Positions 1-12,639 are shown, numbered from the stretch's first letter. The stretch is 63,923 nucleotides of DNA from Rhynchobatus australiae (GCA_034780895.1 JAUZTB010000127.1:33023829-33087751), one strand, 5' to 3'. Numbers and translations: made by a program. The notes: generated from the letters alone by a model not told the origin.

Positions 1-40
1 GCTAGCACTGATTAAAGCCAACACAGTCTGCTTGAAGGGT

Positions 41-298
41 AAGATATCTTTTAGTCATTGAAACACACAGTGAAATGTTCTGGGGGCAGTCCACAAGTGT
101 CACCACACTTCCGATACCAACATAGCATACCCACAACTTCCTAGCCCATTAGTCTTTGGAATGTGGGAGGAAACCGGAGCACAAGGGAACCCCCCACAAA
201 CACAGGGAGAACGTCCAAACTCCTTACAGTGGCCAGAATTGAACCAGAGTTGCTGGCACTATAATAGCATTATGCTAAATGCTACACTGCCATGCCTG
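41..298 (-). mobile_element. tRNA-derived V-domain SINE (chondrichthyan type, non-CR1 tail)
   Basis: Reverse strand reads tRNA-like head (GGCATGGCAGTGTAGCATTTAGC; B-box GGTTCAATTC), then the core seen on + as GTCTTTGGAATGTGGGAGGAAACCGGAGCAC, then tail ...GACTAAAAGATATCTT. Aligns by eye with 21484-21767, 32573-32862 and 33241-33513. Confidence 0.85.
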
Positions 299-2052
299 GT
301 AGATGCAATGTGGCACACCCAACAATAACAGTATCAAAGAGGATTTGAATAGTTGGCAGACAGAACAAGGCCCAGAAAAGATGTCCATTTTTTTGGAATT
401 GGATTTGGAGGGCTCGATGGGTGAGGTGGGAAGAGACATCCCAAGAGGGCAATTCATCTTGCAGGAAGTTATTCAAAAATGAGAAGTCGATGTAAAGGGG
501 AATGACAAAAGACGTGGATAGCATAACTCGATATTTCGTGACCTCACGGTGATTGGACTCATTATTGACAAGGTTAGTGTACAGCATCCCATCTCCCACT
601 GACTGGACCATCAGTCCCACACAGTGCTATATCATACACCCAACCATCCCATCAGCAACCTCAGGGCTCTGTCACAACATTCACATCTCCCAGAGAACTA
701 AAACATGCCATTACTTCATGTCCTACAAGCACATGGACCCAGTTTTCAAATTTAGGGTCAGCCAGGAAAGCAAAGCTGAAGATGAAACCTGGAATTCCAT
801 TAACTTCTATTTCAGCAGCCTTTAATATATGAACCTGTACTCACATACCTCTTTTTCCAGATCCAGTGTAATAACAGTACTGTTCTTTGCAAAAGATTGC
901 AATTCCTACTACTGACATTGAACATGCCCTGCACTATTTTAGCCTATTTCCCTATAATCACCAAAATGTCTTTGCAACACAACTCCACAAGGTTTCTACC
1001 CAAATCATTGATTAAAAAAGGTGACCTGAAGTGGCTCCTGAATTGACACTATTAGATACCAAGATCTTAAAATTTCAGGTGGTGGTTTGCTGGGGAGAAA
1101 CAGCTGATGTGCAATACACTCTCAACTCGCTCGGAACTGGTTCCAGCACAAAGTTCATCCTCAAGCACTACAGAATGACCTAGTTTCCTTCTGCTGTTAC
1201 ATATCTTGTTGATTGCTTGCTTTGCAATGGTGCAAGTCCAGCATAACGATATGATGTGGAAGTCAGCATCTTCGTTAAATAGGGGAACCTTCCAAAACTG
1301 GCTCCCAGACCAGGCTGAGCCATTATTGCAATGCAATTAAAACAAGGTTGTTTTCAAAGTATCCATTAACAGGCATGCTAATGTGACCCAATTTTCTGGC
1401 CATCGCTCCACAGGAGTGTTGAACAGGGAATTACAACATTCCACAGAAACTGGAAGTGGGAATCAATTATCACAGGCAGAATGTGTGACCAGAAGTGCCT
1501 GGCTCAACTTCATGTGGTGGCCACAAATTGCATAACACAATTTTATAATGTCCATCACTTCAGAAAGGAATGATTTTCACTTGCATAGAAAAAAATATTG
1601 GCTGCATGTACATATTTCTAGGTCCAAAAACTCTTGCTTTCCATTCCCTCTCTTCTCACCAATTTTTAATAACTTCCTTTTAATTCTGCACTCTTAATTG
1701 CACATGTGGTATTCTTTCTAAGTCATTCCTCAAGTCTATCTACACCAGATCCATATTAACTTCAGTTCTGTTCACCAAGCTTATATGATCTTTTTACAAA
1801 TCTGTACTGGCTAATTCCTCTAATAAAAATTTATTAACAGTTTACCCTGTGCATCAATAATAAAAAGGACAGTCACTGCAATATCAGCCCCATTACATTC
1901 CAGCGGAAAGATTCTCTTCACTGTATTCAACGAGTTAATTTGGCACATATCTGATCCCAGTTATGAGAGAGCAATTATGTATCCAAACAGGAGCCAAGAC
2001 TTAACCATCTTGTGCAATAAATACTCCCAGATGTTTTCCTAAAAGAGCTTAC

Positions 2053-2200
2053 CTTTGGATGATAAAAGTATAGCCTGCTTGCTCTGCATTTCACAATATT
2101 TGAAGCGAAGCAGTTACCAGCCAGTGTACCAGCGACACTTGTTCCTCCAAGAGAAAATCTTTAATTCCATTAACACATGGGATCTTGCTATGCAGAACAT
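2053..2200 (-). other. candidate exon of an unidentified minus-strand gene (donor AAG|GTAAGC)
   Basis: CTTAC at 2048-2052 gives the minus-strand donor CCAAAG|GTAAG. An upstream ATG gives MQSKQAILLSSK+G (phase 1). No recognisable protein; upstream boundary unknown. Confidence 0.25.
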
Positions 2201-2544
2201 GGAGCAACCTTTGCTTTTTTTTAAATGCAGTACTTTAGGATTTTTTTTAAAAACACACATTGATCTTCATGTGAACCACTTATGCATCAATATCCTGCAC
2301 TTATACAGGTTGCCTGGGAACAGAGTAAATTCAGGTCATTAGGCTGTGGCCAAAAGTGTGCTGCTGCAGCCACAATGACATATGCCCTGTGCACCCAAAA
2401 GTATCGGCAACTGAGGAAACTAAAAACAAAATCTTAAATAATACATTAAAAAGTTTTTTTTAATCTAGGCTATGCATGATATGGCAATGATAAAAAAGAT
2501 GGCTTAAGCGTTTCTCCATGTTAGTTTATTTAACATGGTTCAAC

Positions 2545-2714
2545 AAACATAAAATGCTGGAGGAACTCAGCAGGTCAGGCAGCATCTATGGAGGGAAATG
2601 AACGACGACATTTCCGGCCGAGACTCTGCATCGGGACTGGAAAGGAAGAGGGCAGAAGCCAGAATAAAATGGTAGAAGAAGGGGAGGCACATGAGTCAGC
2701 AGATGATAGGCGAG
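2545..2714 (-). mobile_element. Penelope-like element LTR fragment with decayed hammerhead motif
   Basis: AAATGCTGGAGGAACTCAGCAGGTCAGGCAGCATCTATGGAGGGAAAT family motif. Reverse complement of 2601-2640 = CAGTC CCGATGC AGAGTCTCGGCCG GAAA TG TC GTCG. Confidence 0.8.
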
Positions 2715-3049
2715 TTGCTTTTGAATGTGGTTGTTTTTGTATTGCGCAGTTCAATAAATGTGCTGCATTACGAGCATCCAAACTGGATTTCCAGAAAATA
2801 ATTAACTGCAGATAGAGAGTAGAAAATCTGAAGTGCACAATAAGAAAATATCAATAGGTATGCCACGTGGGAATTGCACTGAACTTGCAAAACAAAACCT
2901 AGGCATCCAGCTCAACTGAGCCCCACGCACTGTCATCTAAAATCATATCAACATACATCTCCCTCTTTCCCTCGTCCTCATCCAACTTCACTACATGCAT
3001 CATTGCTTTTTTTCCTCAAATGCTCTGCATAAAAGCTAGCTCCACACAC

Positions 3050-3267
3050 GGAGAGGTGGTACAGGAGCCTGCAGACCCACACTCAATGATTCAGAAACAG
3101 CTTCTTTCCCTCTGCCATCAGATTTCTGAACAGTCCATGAACACTTCCAAATTTTATTGCACTATTTTTTGGTAATTAATAGCAATTTTGTCTTTGCACA
3201 GTATTGCTGCCACAAATCAAATTTCACATCATGCGAGTCAGTGATAATAAATCCAATTCTGATTCTT
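3050..3267 (+). mobile_element. Rex1/Babar LINE 3' end
   Basis: GAGGTGGTACAGGAGCCTG...AGAAACAGCTTCTTTCCCTCTGCCATCAGA (decayed RRYRSL..RFRNSFFPSAIR), then GTGATAATAAA and an ATTCTG-type tail. Same family as 49760-50960. Confidence 0.8.
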
Positions 3268-3559
3268 CAGGTGTCATTTCTCCTGGATTCCAATAGATTT
3301 ATTAGCTGTACTTACAACATCCAAGTTCAGATCCTCTGTAAATTTTCCTATATACATCTTATCTGGTACCTTGAGAATTTTAAAAGCTTCACACTTCTAG
3401 GGACAAGACTCCCAGCCAGTCCAGTTACTCCAGACCATTACAGTCTTTCTTCCATCATCCCTGTGAACCTTTTCGGCACCAACTCCAGAGCCTCTGTATA
3501 CTTTTGTAACAGAGGTAAGAACACACATTTTCCTGCTTTATTGGCTAAATTACATTAAA

Positions 3560-3751
3560 TGTTGGGCAAACTTGGCAGGTCAGACAGCACCTGTGGAAAG
3601 AGAAATAGTTTCAGGTCCAAGACCCTTCATCAGAACCCTCTCCGTTCTGATGAAGGGACTTGGAAGTGAATTATTAACTATTTCTCTTTCCACAGATATT
3701 GCCTTAGCTGCTGACTTATGCCTGCATTCTGTTTTAATTTCAGATTTCCAG
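3560..3751. mobile_element. palindromic Penelope-LTR derivative with two opposed hammerhead motifs
   Basis: Inverted arms TTCAGGTCCAAGACCCTTCATCAGAAC / GTTCTGATGAAGGGACTTGGAAGTGAA around a 7-bp spacer (CCTCTCC). Outer arms also complementary. Confidence 0.85.
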
Positions 3752-4389
3752 GAATTTTTTTTTGATTTTCATTAACTTCTCCAATTTCAGTTCTAATCTG
3801 CCAGAAGTGAACCCAGTAGCCTGTTTGCATTTTTATGAACTTGTGGTGCTATAATGTTGATACCTTTAACGATTTGCCATCAGGAAGGCCTGTCATACCT
3901 ACAGGCAATGCAACTGAACAATGTACCTTGTTAAGTTACTGTTACAGAACAGGAAAGGTGGAGGATTTGACTTTCTTCCACTAGTTTGAAAAATAGTTTG
4001 TAGAAAGTAAAAATAATTTTGGATAAAATTGAAGATAAAGGCAAACAAATCTATGGCTAATAAGAAAGTACTCACAGCCGAGACAAGTTGATTAAGAGAT
4101 CAAGGATGCATCCGGAATGCAAAGAACCAAATGACCTAATATTTCAAGAAACATCATAGAGAAAATCCAGAACAGCCACATTCCACAAATGGAAATAGCT
4201 AGAATACCTTTCATGGGCCAACACACAAAGAATACAGCCCAGGAACACAAACAAAGCACTGGACAATATCAAGAGTGATCGATCAAAAGGAAACAGGCAA
4301 CTGAAGCAGAAACGAGAGACCACAGATGCTAGTTCTGAACCAATAACACAGTTGGTACATTCAGCCCAATCAACAGTGCCAAGTCAATG

Positions 4390-4922
4390 GACAGGAATTT
4401 AGCAGCAGGGTAGGAGTTGTGGAACATTAGCAGAGCATTTGGCCCCTTGTGCTTGCTCTGCCATTCACATGGATGATGACTGCCTTTGTACCATTTTCCA
4501 GCACCAGTGTCATATTCTTTGATTTCCTTCACATCCAAAGATCTATTAACCTGTCAAATCTACAGTTCTGATCCAGGGCTTCGACCCAAAATGTCAACAA
4601 TTCCTTTCCTCCCACAGATGCTGCTTAACTTGCCAAGTTCTTCAGTAGATTGTTTGTTGCTCCAGATTCCAGCATCTGCAGTCTCTTATGCCTTTAATAC
4701 ATTTAGCAACTGACTGATCACTCAGAACAATTTTTATAAAAATAATCAGTCCACTTTAGGGGCAGGACCCTAAAATCTCTACTATCATCTTGCATGGAGA
4801 AATACTGATTCACTACCTTCAGGATGAAAAAAAAAGTTATTTTCTATCCAGAATAGCTGACCCCTTATTTTGAGATTGAGAACCCTGGTTGTAGGTTAGA
4901 AAAAAAAAGACATCCTTTCATC
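4390..4922 (-). mobile_element. old CR1 LINE 3' fragment interrupted by a Penelope-LTR copy
   Basis: CATTTGGCCCCTTGTGCTTGCTCTGCCATTCA-type CR1 3' sequence; resumes after about 4690 and runs to the gap at 4923. Confidence 0.55.
4561..4690 (+). mobile_element. Penelope-like LTR 3' fragment with decayed hammerhead motif
   Basis: CAGTT CTGATCC AGGGCTTCGACCC AAAA TG TC AAC, then CAGATGCTGC...GCTCCAGATTCCAGCATCTGCAGTCTCTT terminus. Confidence 0.8.
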
Positions 4923-5244
4923 NNNNNNNNNNNNNNNNNNNNNNNNNNNNNNNNNNNNNNNNNNNNNNNNNNNNNNNNNNNNNNNNNNNNNNNNNNNNNN
5001 NNNNNNNNNNNNNNNNNNNNNNATTTTATGTCCAGTTAGAAACTGAACCCACTTCCCATTTAAAAGTGGCTTTAAAAGTTGGCTTGGGACATATGTATTA
5101 TGTGGTTGGATGTCAGTGAAAGAGCTCCTTTGTCTTCCAAAGCAGTTAATTGAATACCACGTTCTCCTCAGACATCCACATCCTCATGCCCCAAGGCCAT
5201 ACAGCTTAGTTAGTTTTCCTTAGTAATGCTGTGTAAAAGAACAT

Positions 5245-5550
5245 ACAGTCTTAAGGAGTAGCATTAGGCTATTTGGCTCCTCAATCCTACTTGTGCCCTC
5301 ATTCATTAAGATCATAGCTGCTCTTTCTTTGCTTTTGCAGTATGCTGTACTTCCCTCAGTATCCAATCTATAGATCTTTAATACAATCAGTGATTGGATA
5401 TCCATCGTGCACTGAGGCAGAGGATTCAAAAGAATCTCAATTCTTTCTCTTTATCTCAGCCCTAAATGGCAGGCACATTATTTTGAGATTGTGAACCCTG
5501 GTTGTAGGTTAGAAAAAAAAAGACATCCTTTCATCTACCCTGTAAGAATT
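5245..5550 (-). mobile_element. old CR1 LINE 3' fragment
   Basis: AGGCTATTTGGCTCCTCAATCCT...CATTCATTAAGATCATAGCTG...GGCAGAGGATTCAAAAGA...CTCAGCCCTAAATGGC resembles the other CR1 3' ends in the window. Confidence 0.65.
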
Positions 5551-7028
5551 CTGTGGGCTTGTAATCCCTGAAGAATTTTTAACTCACAAGTATTTACACA
5601 TTTAATTATTATTACTGCTTTAAAGCAATCAAACCTAATTATTATCCCTTATTTCCTTCTAGTCTTGAAGATGGCGATTTATGCTGAGATTATACATCTA
5701 CAGGTGGCTTTTCCCAGGGTCTGATCTACAAGGCTTTGGATATCTGCCCACTTTTTCCCTAACACAAACATGGAGGAATAGTTTGAAATAGAACACAGCC
5801 TTTAAAATTCTTCTGTGACATCTGCTGTCCCAAACCAGACCTACAACATTAGTAAAGAATGTTAAAAATGCCACTGATGGTCTCTCAAGGATCAGGGAGT
5901 ACTTAATTACCACTGGCTTGAGAGAATCCTACCCCCAAAACAGCCTGATTTTTTGTTCCTAGGTGGTGAGGCAAGGGATGGCTGCTCCTGTCCCAGGATT
6001 ACTTAAACATCTTTGTTCCTTGGGAAACTCAAACTGCACCAGGTCCAGTTTTTCATATTAGGCTTCAAGTACCCAATGGTTAAAACATTCAGAAATAATG
6101 CAAAATGGGAATTACAAATCTAGGTTCACAACTGAGGGTCCATTTGGATTCAAGAATCTGCTTCAGCCTACAGTATATCATGTGTTTACAACTCGTTGCC
6201 ACTAGGGTAAAACTTCAATCCTTTTACAATATCTTGTTCCAGTAGTGAATGCGATTTTGAATCTGAATTGTCAGTGACACCAGGCCAGACTGTGAATAGC
6301 CATTAATGCAGGTGCTTCTATTCACCCATTGCTTGCAGTGCACCAGCTCCTTGACATTGGGAAACAAACTCGTAATCTGCCATTGTTACATCAATGGCAT
6401 GCTTCATGGCTATCATTAATCTGGTTGCATACCATCGTTGTGGGATAGTACTGTTTCAGTGACACAACATACCAAGGTATTGCTTTGAGGATAAGTATTA
6501 CTTAGCTTTACATCTGAACACTTTCTATAAGGTTGAGGATTTTGGGCAAAATCTATTCATGATGCATAATTCTTAAGACTAATCAAAATCATTCCCAATA
6601 GTCTTTTAACCTTGGAAGTGCAATTCATCAATTAACCTCTTCTATTTTTTGGATCCAAACACAATATACAATGCATAGCAGCCAATAAAGCAGGTAGTAA
6701 CTTGCTTGCTTGTGTTACTTATATCTACTAACATTGGAACTTCATAATCTACTTATCATTACAGCCTCAAGTTTACAAAAATTCTAGCATTAAAGAATCC
6801 TTGGAGCATACCTGCTGCACGTTTATTTAAAACTAAAGGACAGCACTTGGAGCTAATTATTTTCCCCAAGTGCACAAACTCTTAAAAGCAAGGGTCAGAC
6901 TTTACTTACTTTACAACAATGATAGTGCCATTAAGCTGTAGATGATAAACGATTAAGAATCCTGTTCACAGACAATGGGCCCTGTCAGCATTGGACTCAG
7001 GTAGTCAACTCACATTTCTGCAACTTAC

Positions 7029-7560
7029 CGCTCAGGCTCCATTCCAAACTGAAGACGTAATAACTTGACTCCAAAACATAGTTGTGAAACATCCATTCAC
7101 GAAATCCAGTCCATCAAGTAAACCTCAGTCAAAAATATACTACTGCCTCACTTGAAGGTTGAGCAACGTACCAAAGTGAATTAAACTGAACCATTCACAG
7201 CCAGTCTCTAGTTCTTAAGTACCAGTGCCACAGAATCCCTACCTTTATACAACAAAGAGGAATCTGTTGCCAGTTTATTAGAGGTGGCTGGATTTTCACC
7301 ATTTCAAGCTTTTACAATTCATATTAAAGTTCCCAAGCCAATGACCCAGCTCTGTCAGCTTCGAACTGCACTTCCCTTAACCTTAGGGAAGGCAAACTCT
7401 CAATCTACCGCCTTCTGCTTCAGATTTAAAATCAAGAGAAAAAAAACGAGACACAAGATCTCAAATGGACACAAAAGCCTACAAGCCTCTACCAGCCTTC
7501 TAACTGCATAAACCTGCCTCCAGACACGAGCAGCGAGATAGGCGCACCGTCACACGTTTC
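7029..7560 (-). other. candidate first exon (5'UTR plus short coding start) of an unidentified minus-strand gene
   Basis: Donor GAGCG|GTAAGT (CTTAC 7024-7028). ATG-initiated frames reaching it: MFHNYVLESSYYVFSLEWSLS+G (phase 1) and MDVSQLCFGVKLLRLQFGMEPE+CG (phase 2). Repeat-free, with a CpG cluster at the upstream end. Confidence 0.35.
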
Positions 7561-7625
7561 AGAGTTTCTGTTAGTCATTGCCTAAGAATGCTTCTTTGTA
7601 ACGTCACTGTGCCATCCCGAGAACA
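7520..7625 (-). promoter_or_regulatory. candidate promoter: local CpG cluster with CRE-like site
   Basis: About seven CpGs in 100 bp (CACGAGCAGCGAGATAGGCGCACCGTCACACG...GTAACGTCAC...CCCGA) in a CpG-poor window; TGACGTTAC on the minus strand near 7598-7606. Confidence 0.3.
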
Positions 7626-10600
7626 CAAGAATTGGTCCACAAGCTGCAGCAGGAAGAACTTGGAGCAAAAAAAACAGTACAATGTGTGTATGTGGCGTGG
7701 ATGGTGGGGGGAGGAGTTAAAGGACAATTTCAAAGGGTAAAATAGTACTAATAAGCATATAATCACCTTGTTTCACATCACCATAATTTGAACTTGCCCA
7801 AGAATCCTAACCATTATTTCACAGAACCAAACCATTTAATACAATGCAGTTTATATGATCTAAGAAAAAAATTAAGTGCATTTCAGCAATACATGCCTAG
7901 GTTCATGACTTGGGTATGTACAGTGCTGAACAGACATTAGCTACAAGTCAGCAAGTTTATTTAATAAATGGCTGGTCAGACTAATCAGGTCTGTCTCAGG
8001 TTCAATCCTGTCTCAAGAAGATGTATGTCTTCCCTGGACTTGACAAAAGGTACTCAGCAATAACCCTGCTCGAGTACAGTATACATATGCCAGACCAGAA
8101 AGAATTCAATGAGGCATGAACAGTCCGCTACGAGGCACAAAAGTTAGTGCGTCTGGAAGGAGTCATTGTTTTGTGTCAGCATCTATGCAGGCTAACAACT
8201 GGAGAAAGTGATAGAAGGGAATAAATAGAAATTTAATGAGGGATTCAGATTCCTTCATATGGAGACGCATTGAAAGACACAGTACAAGGATCCCACCGAA
8301 ATTTACAAATCTGATTTCAGGGGGAACTATTCCTTCACTGGGCACTGGAGTCCTGCTTCCTAAACTAGTGAATTATGAGAAACTGCAGGGATTTCCACGT
8401 GTCAGAAACCTAGAGAAAACACTATCAGTTGCCTGAACAAGTCCTTATGCTACCCTAAACACTAGCAAACAGTGCAACCAATTTTGAAGTCCATCATTAG
8501 CACATAACTGCTTTGATGCACAAGGATTTTACATAATGCTTAGAGAAAGGTGCACTTTGATGGGCAGAGTCAAAAGTAACAGCATTCTGAAAGTCAAATT
8601 GGAGTGGATTAATAGCACCAAGAACACTTGCTGCAACTTTCATGGAGCTGATTGTAGACACCATGGTCGTCGCCATTGCCTCCCAAACATCCTAGTATTT
8701 ACTGAGAATCATTTCCACCTAGCATAATATACTTGAACATTTGCTTTTAAATGTTCATAAAGTGATGTGGGAGGAAAACTGCAGTAACCCATAGATTCAG
8801 TCATCTGAAAATTTGTTATAGTTTCTTAATAGGTTATTAGATTCCAATTATTGTCCTACAAAATTGCTTTCTTGCAGTACAGTTGTGAAAAGAAATGGTT
8901 ACTCTAATGCTACTGCTAATGTTCAAATAGATCTAAAATACTAAATTGGCAAAATGTTAGTTCTGTGAATGTCAGGCAATACAGACTGCCCATCTCTACC
9001 AAAGGCCTGCCAATTTTGGGAAGGGAGGCTTCGTGCCCTGTGCACATTTGAATGTTCATATTTTGAGTGCTACAAGGGTCCCATCAATTTCTCACAACCT
9101 TTGCAAATCTACACTAGTTATCTGCTTGGGCCTCCTGCTGGGGCAAGCTGCCCTGGTAACAAGGAAATTGATGACAGGAGGGTACAGGGAACTGGTTGAC
9201 CTGGCAGAAGTTCCCTGTGAATCCTTAAAATGAGTGCATCACAAAAGAATTGAGAGCCAGGATCACCTTCTCTGGTGTACTGCCCGTGTTGATTGCAAAT
9301 GCAGATACAGCAACAAAAACTCTCCTGAACATTGGAGACAGCTCAGAAAATGCACCCAATTTAGCAGCCTCTGATCACTGGTCTTTTTAGATGCAGATCT
9401 GGCCAACTAATCCAGATTAACAGGTACTGCTTCAAACCAATCTGAAATCTGCCATATCCCCAACACATTTGGATTCGGCCTTAAATTTCTGGCCTGGCAA
9501 AGTCCTATTTCTTGTTTTCCTTATTCCAGGAATTTCAGGCCAGTAAATATTAGTGCCCTGGTTCAGCTGCACTCAAACAGAAGCACTGCCTGCTCCAAGA
9601 CTCCAGGATTATAGGGAAAATGGCTGCTGTGATGATATACAAAGTCATTTTATAAATATACTTGAATCTGGGACTTCTAGTATTTACACAAGCTTTAAAA
9701 TTGATCAAATTACAATTCTGCATTGAATATTTGTACTGAACACAAAGTTTTAATATTTAGACACAGCTGAGAATTTTAGTTCTTTCTACTTAATTGAAAC
9801 ACCACATATTAAAAGAATACCCTCTCCATTCTAAAGACATACGGGTAGGTAAACATGGGTTTAAAGTGGGTGGCGCAGACTCATTGAGCCAGAAGGGCCA
9901 GTTACCATGCTGTAAATAATTTTTTTTTAAATGTAATATATCAGATGGAACTTCTGAATTACAAGGCCCATCACAATTGATTGGAAAGTCAGTTATTTTG
10001 CCAGTAATTGTTGCCTTTAATAAGAGGAAATTTTAACACTGAGAAATTGCCAATGTGTACAAGGTCCAATCAGTACACTGGAGTCTTGGAAATTCTGCCC
10101 AAAACCCGTAACCTTGTTAAGGCTAGCAGAGAGCAGAAGTTAGTAACAGCAAATAAAGCATTTTTTGCTCTTGGCAATTTGCAACTTAATACATCACAAG
10201 TTTAACACATTCAAGAGGCAGCAACTGCTATTAATTGGGATGACCCAGAGTAAAATTAACATTAGGTTTTAGTTTCCCCAAGGGAAAACAGAGCATTTCC
10301 CCTTTTCCTGAAGGCAGTGAGCCATGGCTTTGCAACTGATAGACTTGTCGGCAAATAGTTTAAGGCAGCTAGGTTGAAGTATCAACTGCAATTCATCTTG
10401 TAACTACAAGTTGCTCAAATTAACCTCATTTTAACTATATATTTGAAACAGTCCCATTGCATCTACCTCATTCAAATTTGCTGTTGCTCCCATCCTAAAA
10501 AGTAACCCAGTATTAAATTCCTTTTTCCTTTTGCTGGATACAATTTTTCCTTTTTCAAGAGTCATATTTAAGTGCTTAAATTGCACATTAAAGACGTGTC

Positions 10601-11724
10601 TTTATTTTAAAAAAGCCATTACAGAGTCATCATATCTGAAAGTGCAAATTTAAGAAAATTGTTAGTACGTGACTAACTTCAATAATAAAATGCAATGCCA
10701 CCTCCGAGCATTAAATAGTTCAGTTTTATGTCATGCTGCAATTTAGACAGTTACTTCAATGGATAAAGTTGAGTTTGCTCACTTCTTATATAGAATCAGA
10801 TTGGAAAGAAAAGCCATTCATGTACCACCAAGTACTATCAGCTGTCCTAAAACCTGAATGAGGCACCAATACATTGAAACTGTTACTTTAATAAAACACT
10901 TCTGGATTTTCTACTTTTAAGAGTTGGAGTATGGAGTACAAACTTACCCTACCTGAAGGTCTTCACCACTGAACAAAATAGGTACTGTGAACTAGCAGCA
11001 GTTCCACATTCCTCCAGTAAAGGGGTACTAAGTGAGCATCTGATTAATTATTGGCTGTTTCAAGCAACTTTAAAAAGCTCAATTCAGGCCATATTTTTCC
11101 AGTAACTATAACCAGTATTACTTTTTTCATTCCTTAGAATAAAAACAATGAAGCAACCGTAGAGCCCCAGAGATATGTTTGCTAAAATTAGTTAATTCAA
11201 TACAGACTGGGAACCAAACTACACTTCATGATTTTAAACCATTTCAATAACTGACCAAACTAGCTGAGTGCTTTATTTTGGAAAGAGTTCAAACTTGGAA
11301 GGGCCATGAAAAATTAATGTCATACCTGTGCAACTGTGGATTTCAGGTGAAGTCTCCACTTTTAAAACTATTCCAGACCTTCTCAGGCAAGATAAAAAGG
11401 ACAAATGCTGAGGAAAGAAAAGTAACATGAAAGAAAAGAATAAGATAAAAGACAAGGCAAGTGAAACACTGTGGCCCATCAATGCAACATTCATAAGTTG
11501 TGAAATGCAAACCATTTTTTCCAGACATTAAAATTCCAGCCAGAAAGGGTGTCATCTAAGGTGTGGAATATGGATCAAATTCAATATAGCCTCGAACTTT
11601 ACAGCCCTGCTCGGGTTAATTGTGGGGAGTTCTGTCCTATTAGTGTATGTTATTTAAGTACATTCTGCTGTTGTTTTTACACGTCTGACTCCCCTGAATA
11701 TGTTTGCACAGCAAGTTCTATCCA

Positions 11725-12040
11725 TTACATAGAACAGTAAAGTACAGGAATAGGCCCTTTGGTCCATGATGTCTGCGTCAACCATAATGCTAATTTAAAT
11801 CAATCCCATCAGCCTGCACACGGTACACATCCCTCCATCCCGACTGCCTAAATACCTCAAATGTTACTGTTGTACCTGATTCCACCACTTCCCTGGAAGT
11901 GCATTCCAGGCACCTACTACTGTGTAAACAAAAACTCGCGAATATCCTTTAAACCACCACCCCCACCTTAAATTTATGCCATTTAGTATTTGACATTTCC
12001 ATCCTGAGAAACAGACCTCATCTATGCCATATTCAATTGC
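11725..12040 (-). mobile_element. CR1 LINE 3' end
   Basis: CATAGAACAGTAAAGTACAGGAATAGGCCCTTTGGTCCA...TCCACCACTTCCCTGGAAGTGCATTCCAGGCACCTACTAC is the reverse complement of the 3' part of the CR1 at 61925-63665. Confidence 0.85.
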
Positions 12041-12454
12041 ATCAGGTTTCCTATGTTAAACTTTTGTCATATCTGGTGTCACGTTATAGACCAGCCACCT
12101 TGTATTTTGCTGACTGCATCTGCAATCACAATCTGAAGCACAGTAAATCAACTTAATGCTGGCTGTAACTTCAGGAACTCTGAGTACCCAACTACTTTAA
12201 GAGCAGTGTCAAGTGCAACCTTCCTGCAAATACTACTTTTGGACTCATTGTAAAATTTGCCTCATGCTGGTCTTGGTTTCAGTTTTGCTCATGTCCCGAT
12301 GAGCAAAGAATCACCTCTCTCAAAGTAGCTGCTAGCCTTTTTTCTTGATAAATTTTCACCTCCACTCTATGTTGTTGGTTGAGTAACTCCCTTGGTCTCA
12401 ATCTAAATAGTACAAGATTTATCAGCCCACATCGAGTCTCCAAACTTAAATGTG

Positions 12455-12600
12455 ACACAAGAAATTCTGCAGGATGCTAGAATTTGCAGCAACACACACA
12501 CAAAATGCTGGAGGAACTCAGCAGACCAGGTAGCATCAACTCATACATGTTGGATGATACCTGACCCACTGAGTTCCTCCACCATTTTGTGTTGCTCCAA
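12455..12600. mobile_element. short palindromic Penelope-LTR derivative
   Basis: CACAAAATGCTGGAGGAACTCAG...CAGGTAGCATCAAC / GTTGGATGATACCTG...CTGAGTTCCTCCACCATTTTGTG inverted arms; hammerhead region absent. Confidence 0.85.
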
Positions 12601-12639
12601 ACTTACTGTGTCATGCTGTCTTTTACTCAATGAGTTAGA

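Noticed and set aside
1067-1336. 89-aa minus ORF MHCNNGSAW...
   Set aside because: No recognisable domain, no splice donor at its end, and length within chance range.
9477-9541. 16-bp imperfect inverted repeat GGCCTTAAATTTCTGG / CCAGGAATTTCAGGCC
   Set aside because: Too short and single-copy in this window; could be a MITE relic but cannot be supported.
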